From assembly GCF_036823965.1 (NCBI RefSeq), contig NZ_DAITBE010000012.1:18522-82521 (forward strand): a DNA stretch of 64,000 bases, written 5' to 3'. Within the stretch, counting starts at the first letter, position 1. Every line of letters begins with the position of its first letter. The notes below the pieces were generated by a model. It saw only the letters and a list, made by a program, of their open reading frames with translations, was not told where the DNA came from and ran no database searches. Of this stretch, positions 1-8,951 are shown in pieces. The position numbers and the translations under genes were made by a program. Origin of the DNA: Microbacterium sp. (lineage in GTDB: Bacteria > Actinomycetota > Actinomycetes > Actinomycetales > Microbacteriaceae).

Positions 1-346
1 CCAGCCCCGTGGTCGAGCGGCTCTCCACGATCCGCTCGGCGAGCCGGTCATGGTCGGCGTCGCTCCAGTGGTCCCTGCCCGCGTGCAACGTGACATGCAG
101 CGGGGTGCATCCACTCCGTGAGACGTCGTGGAGCTGCCGCTCGATCTCGGCGATATGGGTCGCCGGGTCGGGATGCGCGCTGCCGACGAGGAGCGACAGC
201 GCAGCACCGGTGCTCGCGACGACACCACCCAGTCGACGCTGCAGCTCCGGATCGCGGGGCCACCAGACCTCCACCCCGTCGTACCCCTGCTCGACGGCGC
301 GGGCGACGAGGTCGCCGACTGGAGCAGCGGCGACCCAGTCCGTCAT
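1..346 (-). CDS. sugar phosphate isomerase/epimerase-like (xylose-isomerase-like TIM barrel) protein, N-terminal part; gene runs off the left edge of the window
   Basis: Hand translation of the minus strand from ATG (complement of 344-346) gives MTDWVAAAPVGDLVARAVEQGYDGVEVWWPRDPELQRRLGG...HVTLHAGRDHWSDADHDRLAERIVESR. It stays open to position 1 and has high GC3. It is absent from the ORF track because no stop lies in the window. Family call rests on resemblance only. Confidence 0.45.
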   Translation of the reverse strand, partial: MTDWVAAAPVGDLVARAVEQGYDGVEVWWPRDPELQRRLGGVVASTGAALSLLVGSAHPDPATHIAEIERQLHDVSRSGCTPLHVTLHAGRDHWSDADHDRLAERIVESRSTTGL

Positions 347-369
347 GAGCACCAGCGGTGCATCGGTCC

Positions 370-1203
370 TCACAGCCTGTCATCCGTCAGCGTGGGCATC
401 CGGCGCTGCTCGCGACGGAACAGGCTCGGCGAGCTTCCCCGACGTTGCGTGAACTGCCGCGAGAAGTACGACGGGTCGTCGAAGCCGACCTGCTGCGCGA
501 TCACGCTCACCTCGAGATCGGTCTCGACGAGCAAGGACTGGGCTCGCGCGAGCCGGGACTCGATCAGCAGCTGCAGCGGCGTCAGGCCGGTGGCGGCCAA
601 CGTGGCGGAGCGCAGCTGGGGAACGCCCATCCCCAGCTCGTGCGCGCGGGTCTCCATCGACACCTGCCGGGTCGCACCGCGGGTGAACGCGTCGATGAGG
701 TCAGGGGCCGCATCGCGCATGGTCGAGGTCGCGAGCGCGACGATCCAGGCGTAACTCACCGCCGCCGCCCTGAGCGAGCCGATCGAGCCGCTGTCGGCCA
801 GATCCTCCCGGAGATGCGCGAACGTCGTCGTCAGCGTCTCGGGCGTCCGATCGAGCGGAACCACTGGGACCGTGCGCCGCCACGCGCCGAGCTCGTCGAG
901 CGCGCGGGTCGCGACGCCGGAGAACAGGATCCAGTGCTCAGTCCACCCCGACCGATGCGGCCCGTACCCGTGCGCCACACCGGGGAACAGCCACAGCAGC
1001 GCGGGCGCCTCGACCCTGATGTCCCCCGTCAGCGGACTCGAGTACCAGCCGGTGCCCTCGCTGATCACGACGACGGCGTGGGAGCGCAGCTGTCGCCCGC
1101 GGAATCCTTCGTGGGTGCCGCCGTACTCGCCGGCTCCCACGCAGGCGATCGTGACGTCCGTGAGCGCGCGGGCCGGGTTCGCGTAGATCGCCCAGTTCTC
1201 CAT
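370..1203 (-). CDS. AraC/XylS family transcriptional regulator
   Basis: Track ORF 370..1311, trimmed to Met37 (MENWAIYANP). C-terminal double HTH: GVPQLRSATLAATGLTPLQLLIESRLARAQSLLVETDLEVSVIAQQVGFDDPSYFSRQF. N-terminal cupin-like domain. Divergent from 1298..2146. Start could instead be 1311. Confidence 0.85.
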   Translation of the reverse strand: MENWAIYANPARALTDVTIACVGAGEYGGTHEGFRGRQLRSHAVVVISEGTGWYSSPLTGDIRVEAPALLWLFPGVAHGYGPHRSGWTEHWILFSGVATRALDELGAWRRTVPVVPLDRTPETLTTTFAHLREDLADSGSIGSLRAAAVSYAWIVALATSTMRDAAPDLIDAFTRGATRQVSMETRAHELGMGVPQLRSATLAATGLTPLQLLIESRLARAQSLLVETDLEVSVIAQQVGFDDPSYFSRQFTQRRGSSPSLFRREQRRMPTLTDDRL

Positions 1204-1297
1204 GATCGTCCAAGTGTGGCTCGCAGGCCCCGAAAATACAAGCGAGAAGGAGGGAAGTCCATAGACGGATCGTCCTACCCGCATCGACAATGGATGC

Positions 1298-2146
1298 ATG
1301 ATCACGTCCAACGGCTATGTGCTCGACGAACGTCCTGAGCGGCTCGGCCGACTCGAGGCGGTTCCATTGGCGCTGCGGGACGACAAGGATGCGCTGTGGG
1401 AGCGCCTCCGCAGCGACGGGTACCTCTACCTCAGCGATCACCTCGACGCTGAGCTCGTCCGCGACTTCCGGGCCTACTACTTCGGAAAGCTCGCACCCAC
1501 CGGGCTCGTGCAGCCGGACAGCGCCCGCGAGGGGATCGACTCGAGCGAAGACGTCGACCTCGCTCTGACCCGCCGCGTGCTCTTCGACGACGTCGTCCCG
1601 GGCGACCGCTATGCGGCCCTGACCTCACACCCTGCGATCCGCGGATGGTTCCGGTGGTTCCTGGGCGACGACGTGCATCTCCACAAGCGTCGCATCATCC
1701 GCCACACCCGCCCCGGCGAGACGGGCATCGGCACCGCCACCCAGGCGCACTACGACCTCGTCTATCTTCGTGAGGGCACCGACCGCGTGCTGTCCATGTG
1801 GATCCCGCTCGGCGACTGCTCGGTGGAGAACGGCGGTCTCGCCTACCTGGAGGGGAGCCACCACCGGGTCCTGGCGCAGGAGCGCGCTGGAACGCTGAGG
1901 ATGCCGGCCGCCTCGATCACGGCCGACCTGCCTGGGCTGGCGGAGGAGTACGACGCCCGCTGGCTGATCAACGACTACCGGGCAGGCGACGTGATGGTGC
2001 ACTCGGCGCACATCGTGCACGCCTCGACCGACAACGTCGATCCGGAGCGCCGGATCCGTCTGTCGACCGACATCCGCTATCAACGTGTCTCCGACCCCAT
2101 CGACTGGCGCTGGCAGGAGCACTGGTTCGACGGCGACGGCCTCTGA
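1298..2146 (+). CDS. phytanoyl-CoA dioxygenase (PhyH) family Fe(II)/2-oxoglutarate oxygenase
   Basis: 282 aa. HxD (QAHYDLVY) plus a distal His (GDVMVHSAHIVHAS) fit the facial-triad layout. WIPLGD and GGLAYLEGSHH segments are typical of PhyH-family proteins. Confidence 0.75.
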   Translation: MITSNGYVLDERPERLGRLEAVPLALRDDKDALWERLRSDGYLYLSDHLDAELVRDFRAYYFGKLAPTGLVQPDSAREGIDSSEDVDLALTRRVLFDDVVPGDRYAALTSHPAIRGWFRWFLGDDVHLHKRRIIRHTRPGETGIGTATQAHYDLVYLREGTDRVLSMWIPLGDCSVENGGLAYLEGSHHRVLAQERAGTLRMPAASITADLPGLAEEYDARWLINDYRAGDVMVHSAHIVHASTDNVDPERRIRLSTDIRYQRVSDPIDWRWQEHWFDGDGL

Positions 2147-2177
2147 ACCGGCGACTCGACCACGCGACCCTGTCGGC

Positions 2178-3344
2178 TCAGGGCGCTGGCTGTGAGGCCG
2201 AGATGAGCTGCGCCGGGCTCCACCGAACGCCGAGCACTGCGGTCAGCGCCGCCTGCGCAGCGCCTGCCGCCTCGGTCGCACGCGTGTCGGCGTAGCGCAC
2301 CGGCACGGTCGCCGTGCCGCTGGCCTGGTAGTCGGTCTCGTGCTGCAGCAGCTCGAGGAAACGATCGCCGAGCACCGTCGCCGGCCCTCCGATGACGACC
2401 TCGCCGGGATCGAGCAGTGCACTGATGAGCTTGATCGCCCTGGCGAGAGCGCGCGCCCCCGCGGCGAGATCGTGCTCGTCCGCGGCAGCGGCGAGGGCGA
2501 CGACCGTCTCCGGCTCCATCCCGTCGGCGAAGTCCTCACCGAGCAGCGCGGAGAGCGATGCCGCAGACTCCAGGCAGCCCCGACGACCGCACCGGCACGC
2601 CCGTGCGGTGTCGCCGAACTCGACCTGCACGTGGCCGATCTCACCGGCACGGTCTCTCGGTCCAGGCGCGAGCTCGCCGTCGAGGGTGATCGCCGCGCCC
2701 ACGCCGCCGCCGAGGTGGATGAAGAGCCGGTAGCCAGACGGAGACTCGTCCATGCCGGCTTCCGCGATCGCTTCGGCGTCGACGTCGTTGACCAGCACGA
2801 CCGGCGCCCCGAGCAGCGGTTCGAGGCGCTCTGCCAGCGGCACATCGTGCCATTCGAGCTGCACGCTCTCGAGCACCGAGCGCCCGTCGGTCGTCCCGGG
2901 GAGCTGCACACCGGCTGCCAGCACACGGTCGCCGTACTCCGCGGCGACGGCGACGACAGCGGCGTCGAGCGACGCGTCGCGCGTCGCGGCGGTGTAGGTG
3001 ATGCGGCGCGTGTCGATCTCCGAGCCGTCGAGCGCGAACAGGGCGACGCGGGCGCTCGTGGGCTGGATCACGAGTCCGAGCAGCAGATGGTGGCCGGCGT
3101 CGACGCTCAGGGTCGTCGCGCGCTTGCCGCCGGTGCTCGCGGCCTGTTCGCCGTCGACGACGAGCCGGCTCGCGATGAGTTCGGCGACCAGCGACGATGC
3201 GGTGGCTGCGGTGAGTCCCGTCGCGCGCGCGATGCCTGCCCTGGTCTGCGCTCCCGAGCTGCGGAGCACCAGCTGCAGCGCTCGGCGGAGGTTGGCACGA
3301 CGAACGGAGGCCTGCGTGTCGCGAGCGTCATCGCTGTTCGGCAT
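2178..3344 (-). CDS. ROK family transcriptional regulator
   Basis: N-terminal wHTH (GAQTRAGIARATGLTAATASSLVAELI). ROK fold with Zn motif GHVQVEF...CRCGRRGCLES. ATG at 3344 is preceded by GGAGGA; GTG at 3362 is the alternative start. Confidence 0.85.
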   Translation of the reverse strand: MPNSDDARDTQASVRRANLRRALQLVLRSSGAQTRAGIARATGLTAATASSLVAELIASRLVVDGEQAASTGGKRATTLSVDAGHHLLLGLVIQPTSARVALFALDGSEIDTRRITYTAATRDASLDAAVVAVAAEYGDRVLAAGVQLPGTTDGRSVLESVQLEWHDVPLAERLEPLLGAPVVLVNDVDAEAIAEAGMDESPSGYRLFIHLGGGVGAAITLDGELAPGPRDRAGEIGHVQVEFGDTARACRCGRRGCLESAASLSALLGEDFADGMEPETVVALAAAADEHDLAAGARALARAIKLISALLDPGEVVIGGPATVLGDRFLELLQHETDYQASGTATVPVRYADTRATEAAGAAQAALTAVLGVRWSPAQLISASQPAP

Positions 3345-3425
3345 CGGCTCCCGTTCCTCCACACGTCGGGCGACGTGATCGACCCATCCCGCGCGGAGGC
3401 AGACGCTCGCGCGAAGTTCCTTTAT

Positions 3426-3455
3426 TCACTAAACTTAGTGACCAGATCCGGATCT
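3426..3455. promoter_or_regulatory. two adjacent palindromes in the AT-richer divergent ROK/ROK intergenic region (operator candidates)
   Basis: TCACTAA-AC-TTAGTGA (3426-3441) and the perfect 12-bp palindrome AGATCCGGATCT (3444-3455). They lie in the local GC dip between the two divergently transcribed ROK regulator genes. Confidence 0.4.
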
Positions 3456-3549
3456 CGTCACCGTATCGCCGCCTGCGAAGGAGCACCGTGCCCTCCACTT
3501 CGATCTTAGGACGCCCGGTCACGACGGCTCGGGCCGTCCGACCCGGCCG

Positions 3550-4662
3550 ATGACCCGGCATCCGCTCATGCCTTCCATTCTCTCGACCGACGCATCGCCC
3601 GTCTCCCAGCGCGCCCCGCTGACGAACACCCACGCGCGCAGCATCCGCGACCGCAACCGTGGGCTCGTGCTGCGCACCCTGATGCAGCGCTCCGGCGTCA
3701 GCCGCGCCGACCTGGCTCGGGTCACCGGTCTCGCCCGGCCGACCATCTCCGAGGTCGTGAAGAGCCTCATCGATGAGGGTGTCATCCGCGAGTCCGGGCA
3801 GAGCCAGGACGCGCGCCCCGGCAAGCCTGCGGTGATGCTCGAGTTCGACCAGCGCGCCGTGCAGGTGATCGCGCTCGACCTGAGTGCACCCGACCAGGTG
3901 GTCGGCGCCCTCGCCACACCCGACGGCGCCCTCGCGCATCGGCGCGTGCGCCCGACCGACGGGGACGCCGTGCAGGCGGCGGGCGCGATCGTCGCCGAGC
4001 TCGCGCTGCTGGCATCCAGCCCTCCGCTCGGAGTCGGCGTCGGGATGCCGAGCGGCTCACCGGCACTCCTCGGCCTCCACGCCCTGCTCGCCCAGACCGT
4101 TGACGCGCCCGTGCACCTGTTCGACGATGCGGATCTCGCAGCGGATGCCGAACTGCAGTTCGGCGGCCTCGACAGCGACTTCCTCCTCGTGCGGCTCGGC
4201 ACACGCATCGGCACCGCCATCCGCGCCTTCGATGACGACGGCGCTCCGGTCGAGCGCTCGACCGGCGCACGAGAGCTCGCTCACGTGATCGCCGGCGGAG
4301 ACCCGGGTGACGCCTGCCCGTGCGGGCGCATCGGTTGCGTGCACGCGTGGGGATCGGTCCCCGCAGTGTCTCGGCGACTCGACGAGGCGACCGCAGCCGA
4401 CCGCGGCAGGGTGCTCACTGCGGCAGGGACCCGCCTCGGCACCTCGCTGTCGGTGATCGCCGCGGCGGTCGACCTGCCGACGATCGTGCTGAGCGGACCG
4501 CCGACGGTCGTGGGCGACGAGCTGATCGCCGCTGCTGCGGCTGCCGTGCAGGCCGCATCGCACCCGTCGCGCGGTCCGGAGGTGCGCGGCAGCACCCTCG
4601 ACGACGCCGTGCTGCGCGGAGCCGCGGCACGAGTGGTCTCGCACGCGTTCAGCGCCCGCTGA
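3550..4662 (+). CDS. ROK family transcriptional regulator (paralogue of 2178..3344)
   Basis: wHTH GVSRADLARVTGLARPTISEVVKSLI. ROK Zn motif CPCGRIGCVH. 370 aa. Start could also be Met7. Confidence 0.8.
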   Translation: MTRHPLMPSILSTDASPVSQRAPLTNTHARSIRDRNRGLVLRTLMQRSGVSRADLARVTGLARPTISEVVKSLIDEGVIRESGQSQDARPGKPAVMLEFDQRAVQVIALDLSAPDQVVGALATPDGALAHRRVRPTDGDAVQAAGAIVAELALLASSPPLGVGVGMPSGSPALLGLHALLAQTVDAPVHLFDDADLAADAELQFGGLDSDFLLVRLGTRIGTAIRAFDDDGAPVERSTGARELAHVIAGGDPGDACPCGRIGCVHAWGSVPAVSRRLDEATAADRGRVLTAAGTRLGTSLSVIAAAVDLPTIVLSGPPTVVGDELIAAAAAAVQAASHPSRGPEVRGSTLDDAVLRGAAARVVSHAFSAR

Positions 4663-4759
4663 GCGGGCAGGTCGGGTGGGTTCGCGCCCCCGCCGCCGCG
4701 GAGAGTGCGAGACTCGAGGTGGCGTCCGAACGGATGCCGAGGCAGACCGGGAGGACATC

Positions 4760-5353
4760 ATGAAGGCACTCGTCATCGGAGCGACCGGCAGCATCGGCGG
4801 CGTGGTCGCCGACGCGCTCGCAGCACGCGGGCACGACGTCATCCGCGCCTCACGCAGCGGCGATGAGGCCGTCGACGTGAACGACGCGGCATCCATCGCC
4901 GCCCTGTTCGGTCGAGTCGGCACGGTCGACGCGGTCGTGGTCGCCGTCGGCTCCGTCCCCTTCAAACCGCTCGCCGAGCTCACGCGCGACGATTACGTCG
5001 CCGCGTTCAGCGGCAAGACGCTCGCACAGATCGAGGTCGTCCGGCAGGCGCTGCCGCACCTCGCCGACGGCGGATCGATCACCCTGACCAGCGGCGTACT
5101 GGCCCGCGAGCCCATCGCCACCGGTGCAGCCGCTGCCATGGCGAACGGCGCGCTCGAGTCGTTCGCGATCACCGCTGCTGCCGAGGCGCCGCGCGGCATC
5201 CGCGTCAACGCGATCTCACCCGACGTGCTGGCGAACTCGCCCGGCTATCACGCCTCGTTCCCCGGGCACCGCCCGGTCACCGACGAGGAAGTGGCCACCG
5301 CCTATGTGCGCTCGGTGGAGGGCGTCATCACCGGACGCATCCTCGCGGTCTGA
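4760..5353 (+). CDS. short-chain dehydrogenase/reductase-like NAD(P)-binding protein (about 197 aa)
   Basis: Track ORF 4676..5353 trimmed to Met29 (MKALVIGATGSIGG, Rossmann GxxGxxG). GGGAGGA lies just upstream. No classical YxxxK was seen by eye. Confidence 0.7.
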   Translation: MKALVIGATGSIGGVVADALAARGHDVIRASRSGDEAVDVNDAASIAALFGRVGTVDAVVVAVGSVPFKPLAELTRDDYVAAFSGKTLAQIEVVRQALPHLADGGSITLTSGVLAREPIATGAAAAMANGALESFAITAAAEAPRGIRVNAISPDVLANSPGYHASFPGHRPVTDEEVATAYVRSVEGVITGRILAV

Positions 5354-5365
5354 CCGCGGCGGCGC

Positions 5366-5665
5366 TCAGCGCCCCTCGGCCGCTTCGGTGTGGTGACGGA
5401 TGACCTCTGCCACCACGAAGTTGAACCACTTCTCGGCGAACTCCGGATCGAGGTGGGCCTCCTCGGCGAGCGCACGCAGGCGGGAGACCTGCTGCTCCTC
5501 GCGACCGGGATCGGATGCCGGCATCTCATGCTCGGCCTTGAGCTGCCCGACCTGCTGCGTGGCACGGAAGCGCTCGGCGAGCATGAAGATCAGCGCGGCG
5601 TCGATGTTGTCGATGCTGGCGCGAAGTCGAAGAAGTTCGGCCCGAGGGTCGTCAGCGGCAGTCAT
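5366..5665 (-). CDS. chorismate mutase (AroQ class)
   Basis: 99 aa. LRASIDNIDAALIFMLAERFRATQQVGQLK...EEQQVSRLRALAEEAHLDPEFAEKWFNFVV is a typical small helical AroQ chorismate mutase. Confidence 0.85.
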   Translation of the reverse strand: MTAADDPRAELLRLRASIDNIDAALIFMLAERFRATQQVGQLKAEHEMPASDPGREEQQVSRLRALAEEAHLDPEFAEKWFNFVVAEVIRHHTEAAEGR

Positions 5666-5726
5666 GCCACCACTCTAGAGCCGCGAGCGCTCCTGGCACG
5701 GCGATCGTCCCCGCTATCGTGAGCAC

Positions 5727-6971
5727 ATGAGCAACGACGAGTCGCCGGCATCCCCGCCCGTTGAGCACGCCGACGACCGCCGGGTCGCCACGGCACCCGA
5801 ACAGGGCGACTCGGACCCCGCCGCCGAGGCATCCGCTGCTGAGGCACCCGTTGCTGAGGCATCCGCGACCCAGGGCACCCGGCCGCGCTCGGTCATCGAG
5901 CCGATGGCGCCGAGCCGCTCGTTCTGGACGCGCATCGACAAGCCCTTCGTCTTCGGGTTCCTCGTGACACTCGGCGGTCTCGCGGCGATCCTGCTGGGCC
6001 TCGCGCTCTCGAACCTGTCGACCGTCCTCATCTACATCGCACTCGCCCTCTTCGCCGCGCTCGGCCTCGATCCCTCCGTGCGGTTCCTGGAACGCCGCGG
6101 CCTGTCGCGGGCGATCTCGGTGGTCGTCGTGATCCTCAGCCTGATCGTCGTGGTCGCGCTCATCCTGTGGACGGTGCTGCCGATCGTGATCGAGCAGATC
6201 GCGAGCTTCGTGCGATCCGTCCCCGGGATGATCGCGGACTTCACCCGCACCGACATCTACGCGACGCTCGAGGCGCAGTTCGGCGACCAGTTCGAGTCGC
6301 TGGTGGCCGACGTGCAGAAGTTCCTCACCGATCCAGGCAACATCGCAGCGATCGGCGGCGGAGCGCTGCAGGTCGGCGCCTCGATCGCCACCGCGATCTC
6401 CGGCGTGATCGTGGTACTCGTGCTCACACTGTACTTCGTCGCGACGCTCCCCAGCATGACGCACGCCCTGCTGCGCCTCGCGCCGGCCCGTGACCGCGCA
6501 CGCGCCGCCGACATCACCGACCAGATCACCGACTCGGTCGGCGGCTATGTGATGGGCATGGTCGTGCTGGCGTTCTTCAACGCGGTGCTCGCCTTCGCGC
6601 TCTACTTCTTCCTCGGACTGCCGTTCCCGCCGCTGATGGCCACGGTCGCGTTCTGCATCACGCTGATCCCGCTCGTCGGCTCGGTGATCTTCTGGGTCAT
6701 CGGCACCGGTCTCGCGTTGTTCACCGACCCGATCGGCGCGCTGATCTTCGGGATCGTGTACCTGATCTACATGCAGGTCGAGGCGTACGTGATCACGCCG
6801 CGCGTGATGAACCGTGCGATCTCGATCCCCGGATCGCTCGTGGTCATCGGCGCCCTCGCGGGTGGCACGCTGCTCGGACTCCTCGGCGCGCTCGTGGCGG
6901 TGCCGGTCGCGGCATCCATCCTCATCATCATCAAGCAGGTCCTGGTGCCGCGGCAGGACGCCAGGGTCTAG
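5727..6971 (+). CDS. AI-2E family (PerM/YhhT-like) transporter
   Basis: 414 aa polytopic membrane protein. The segment ITDSVGGYVMGMVVLAFFNAVLAFALYFFLGLPFPPLMATVAFCITLIPLVGSVIFWVIG...MQVEAYVITPRVM is characteristic. It has a low-complexity N-terminal tail. Confidence 0.85.
   Translation: MSNDESPASPPVEHADDRRVATAPEQGDSDPAAEASAAEAPVAEASATQGTRPRSVIEPMAPSRSFWTRIDKPFVFGFLVTLGGLAAILLGLALSNLSTVLIYIALALFAALGLDPSVRFLERRGLSRAISVVVVILSLIVVVALILWTVLPIVIEQIASFVRSVPGMIADFTRTDIYATLEAQFGDQFESLVADVQKFLTDPGNIAAIGGGALQVGASIATAISGVIVVLVLTLYFVATLPSMTHALLRLAPARDRARAADITDQITDSVGGYVMGMVVLAFFNAVLAFALYFFLGLPFPPLMATVAFCITLIPLVGSVIFWVIGTGLALFTDPIGALIFGIVYLIYMQVEAYVITPRVMNRAISIPGSLVVIGALAGGTLLGLLGALVAVPVAASILIIIKQVLVPRQDARV
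5826..5870 (+). repeat. 3 x 15-bp in-frame tandem repeat in the N-terminal tail of the AI-2E transporter
   Basis: GAGGCATCCGCTGCT / GAGGCACCCGTTGCT / GAGGCATCCGCGACC encode EASAA-EAPVA-EASAT. The GTTGCTGAG core resembles the GTTGCTGAGCCTGTCGAAG repeat seen elsewhere in the window. Confidence 0.8.
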
Positions 6972-7173
6972 CCGGCGCTTCGGCGGCTCCCCTCTCGGAC
7001 CCGCTGACGCTCCTTCCGCTCGCCGCCGGGCGACAGCTGCACGAGAGTCCGACACGTGCAGGACCATCTGGCCGAATCCATCATGCATCCGTCGCTCTCT
7101 CGTGCATCCGACGCGGGTGCCGGGATCGGATGCCGCACGGCGGCTCGGGCGCCGCACAGCTGCCGAACGCGAA

Positions 7174-7203
7174 AGTGCCCGGACCCATACGGGTCCGGGC
7201 ACT
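7174..7203. terminator. perfect 13-bp-stem hairpin between convergent genes (likely terminator of the osmoprotectant ABC operon)
   Basis: AGTGCCCGGACCC-ATAC-GGGTCCGGGCACT. On the minus strand it is followed by TTTCGCGTT. It lies 32 nt after the substrate-binding-protein stop (7235). Confidence 0.6.
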
Positions 7204-7234
7204 TCACTGAGAGCGACTCAGCCGAAGACGCGAC

Positions 7235-8158
7235 TCAGCCGAGGTCGTTGTCGGCCAGCCACTGCTTGGCGATGTCGGCCGAGGACTTCTGGTCGACGGT
7301 GCTGAGCACGTTGAGCGAGACGAGCTCCTCCGCCGTCAGCTTGGCGCTGATGGCGTTGAGCACGTCGGAGACCTCATCGGCGATGTCGCTCGAGACGATC
7401 GGCACCACGTTCGACGAGATGATCAGGTTCTTCGGGTCTTCCAGCGCGACGATGTCCTCGGTCTCGAAGGCCGGGTCGGCGGTGTAGATGTCGGCGACCT
7501 GGATCTCACCGGCGAGCAGCGACTCGAGCGTGGTCGGGCCGGTGGCCGAGAACGCCAGGTCGACGCCGTAGACCTCCTTGGCGGCAGCCGGGTTGTACGG
7601 ACGCTGCTCGAACTCCGGCGGTGCGCCGATCGTGACCGTCGAGGTCACGTTCTTGAGGTCTTCGATCGTCTTGAGGTTGTTCTCCTCGGCGAAGCTCTTG
7701 AGCACCGTGTAGGTGTCCTGGTCGGATGCCTCGGCGTAGTCGAGGGCAGTCAGGCCATCGGGCAGCGCCTCGGTGAGGGCGGTGTAGACGTCGTCCGGCG
7801 AGGTGACGTCGATCTCGTCATCCGAGAGGTACTCCAGCAGGCTGCCGGTGTACTCGGGGAAGACGTTGATCTCGCCGGACTCGACCTCGGGCATGTACGC
7901 GTCGCGCTGACCGATGTTGAGCTTCTTCTCGACCGTGAACCCTGCGCCCTCGAGCGCCTGGGCGTAGATCTCGGCGATGATCTCGTTGGAGTAGTACCCC
8001 TGCGAGCCGACGACGATCGTGTCGGAGCTGCCCGACCCGGATCCGGTATCGCTCGACGGCTCGTCGAGCGGGTTGCCGCCGCAGGCGGACAGGGCGAGTG
8101 TCGCCGCGGCCACCAGGCCGACGGCGAGGACGGAGCGCTTGCCTCGTGCTGTGAACAT
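7235..8158 (-). CDS. glycine betaine/osmoprotectant ABC transporter substrate-binding lipoprotein (OpuAC/OsmF-like)
   Basis: Track ORF 7235..8437 trimmed to Met94 (MFTARGKRSVLAVGLVAAATLALSAC|GG, lipobox). The remainder resembles ProX/OpuC-type binding proteins. Confidence 0.85.
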   Translation of the reverse strand: MFTARGKRSVLAVGLVAAATLALSACGGNPLDEPSSDTGSGSGSSDTIVVGSQGYYSNEIIAEIYAQALEGAGFTVEKKLNIGQRDAYMPEVESGEINVFPEYTGSLLEYLSDDEIDVTSPDDVYTALTEALPDGLTALDYAEASDQDTYTVLKSFAEENNLKTIEDLKNVTSTVTIGAPPEFEQRPYNPAAAKEVYGVDLAFSATGPTTLESLLAGEIQVADIYTADPAFETEDIVALEDPKNLIISSNVVPIVSSDIADEVSDVLNAISAKLTAEELVSLNVLSTVDQKSSADIAKQWLADNDLG

Positions 8159-8216
8159 GGACTTCTCTCTTCTCTGGGACTTCTTGCTGGTGCTGTGCGT
8201 GCTGGGACGGAACGGA

Positions 8217-8951
8217 TCAGGCGGTGGATGCCGCCGGCGCCGGTGCTGGCGTGAGCGGACGGGTGCGGCGGCGGGCCGGACGACCCGTGCGGAGCCCGCG
8301 TGGGACGGCGGCATGCTGCGCGGCGGCGAGCAGCAGGTCGACGAGCAGCGCGAGCACGGCGACGATGAGCGCGCCGCCGAGCACCTGGTCGAAGCGACGC
8401 AGCGGGATGCCCTGGATGATCGGCCAGCCGAGTCCACCGAGGTTGACGTAGGCGGCGATCGTGACGGTCGCGATGACCTGCAGCAGTGCGGAGCGGATAC
8501 CGCCGACCAGCAGCGGGAGACCGAGGCGCACCTCGACCTTCCAGAAGATCTGCCATTCGGTCATGCCCATGGCCCGCGCCGCATCGATGACGCGACGGTC
8601 GATCGCTTCGAGGCCCGTGTACGCGCCGGCGAGGAGCGAGGGGATCGCGAGCAGCACGAACGTGGTGATCGCGGCCTCGGGGACGCGCAGCACCCCGAGC
8701 ACGAGCACCAGCAGCACCATGAGACCGAAGGCGGGGATGGCGCGCGCCGCGCCGGAGATGGCGACCGCGATCTCGCGCCCACGACCGGTGTGACCGATCA
8801 GCCAGCCCAGCGGCAGGGCGATGATCGCGGCGATCAGCACCGAGATCGCGGTCAGGGCGAGATGCTCGGCGAGGAGCTTGGGCAGGGCGTAGTTCCCCGT
8901 CCACTGCTCGGGGGCGAGCATCCAGGCGATGGCGTCGGCGAAGAGATTCAT
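8217..8951 (-). CDS. ABC transporter permease (osmoprotectant uptake)
   Basis: Track ORF trimmed to Met21 (MNLFADAIAW). EAA-type loop IDAARAMGMTEWQIFWKVEVRLGLP. ATGA overlap with the upstream permease gene. Confidence 0.85.
   Translation of the reverse strand: MNLFADAIAWMLAPEQWTGNYALPKLLAEHLALTAISVLIAAIIALPLGWLIGHTGRGREIAVAISGAARAIPAFGLMVLLVLVLGVLRVPEAAITTFVLLAIPSLLAGAYTGLEAIDRRVIDAARAMGMTEWQIFWKVEVRLGLPLLVGGIRSALLQVIATVTIAAYVNLGGLGWPIIQGIPLRRFDQVLGGALIVAVLALLVDLLLAAAQHAAVPRGLRTGRPARRRTRPLTPAPAPAASTA

Noticed and set aside
5652-7202. Very long ORFs antisense to, or frame-shifted against, real genes. Examples are 5652..7202(-), 12578..15400(+), 15537..16877(+), 18774..21746(+), 23224..25647(-), 36004..38439(-), 45694..47133(+) and 60583..61623(-).
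   Set aside because: These are typical high-GC artefacts. Their translations are Arg/Ala/Gly/Asp-rich low-complexity strings without motifs. They overlap strongly supported genes on the other strand or frame, and they lack coding-like third-position GC bias relative to the chosen frame.
7235-8437. N-terminal extensions of many track ORFs. Examples are 7235..8437, 11060..12889, 15549..16985, 25480..26898, 28444..29808, 32386..33657, 32909..34699, 42198..42929, 50259..51818, 50313..52619 and 56555..57841.
   Set aside because: The upstream parts are low-complexity, overlap neighbouring genes or repeats, and lack homology-like motifs. Internal starts restore canonical N-termini (lipobox, P-loop, HTH, TM1), often with an SD sequence or a stop/start overlap.
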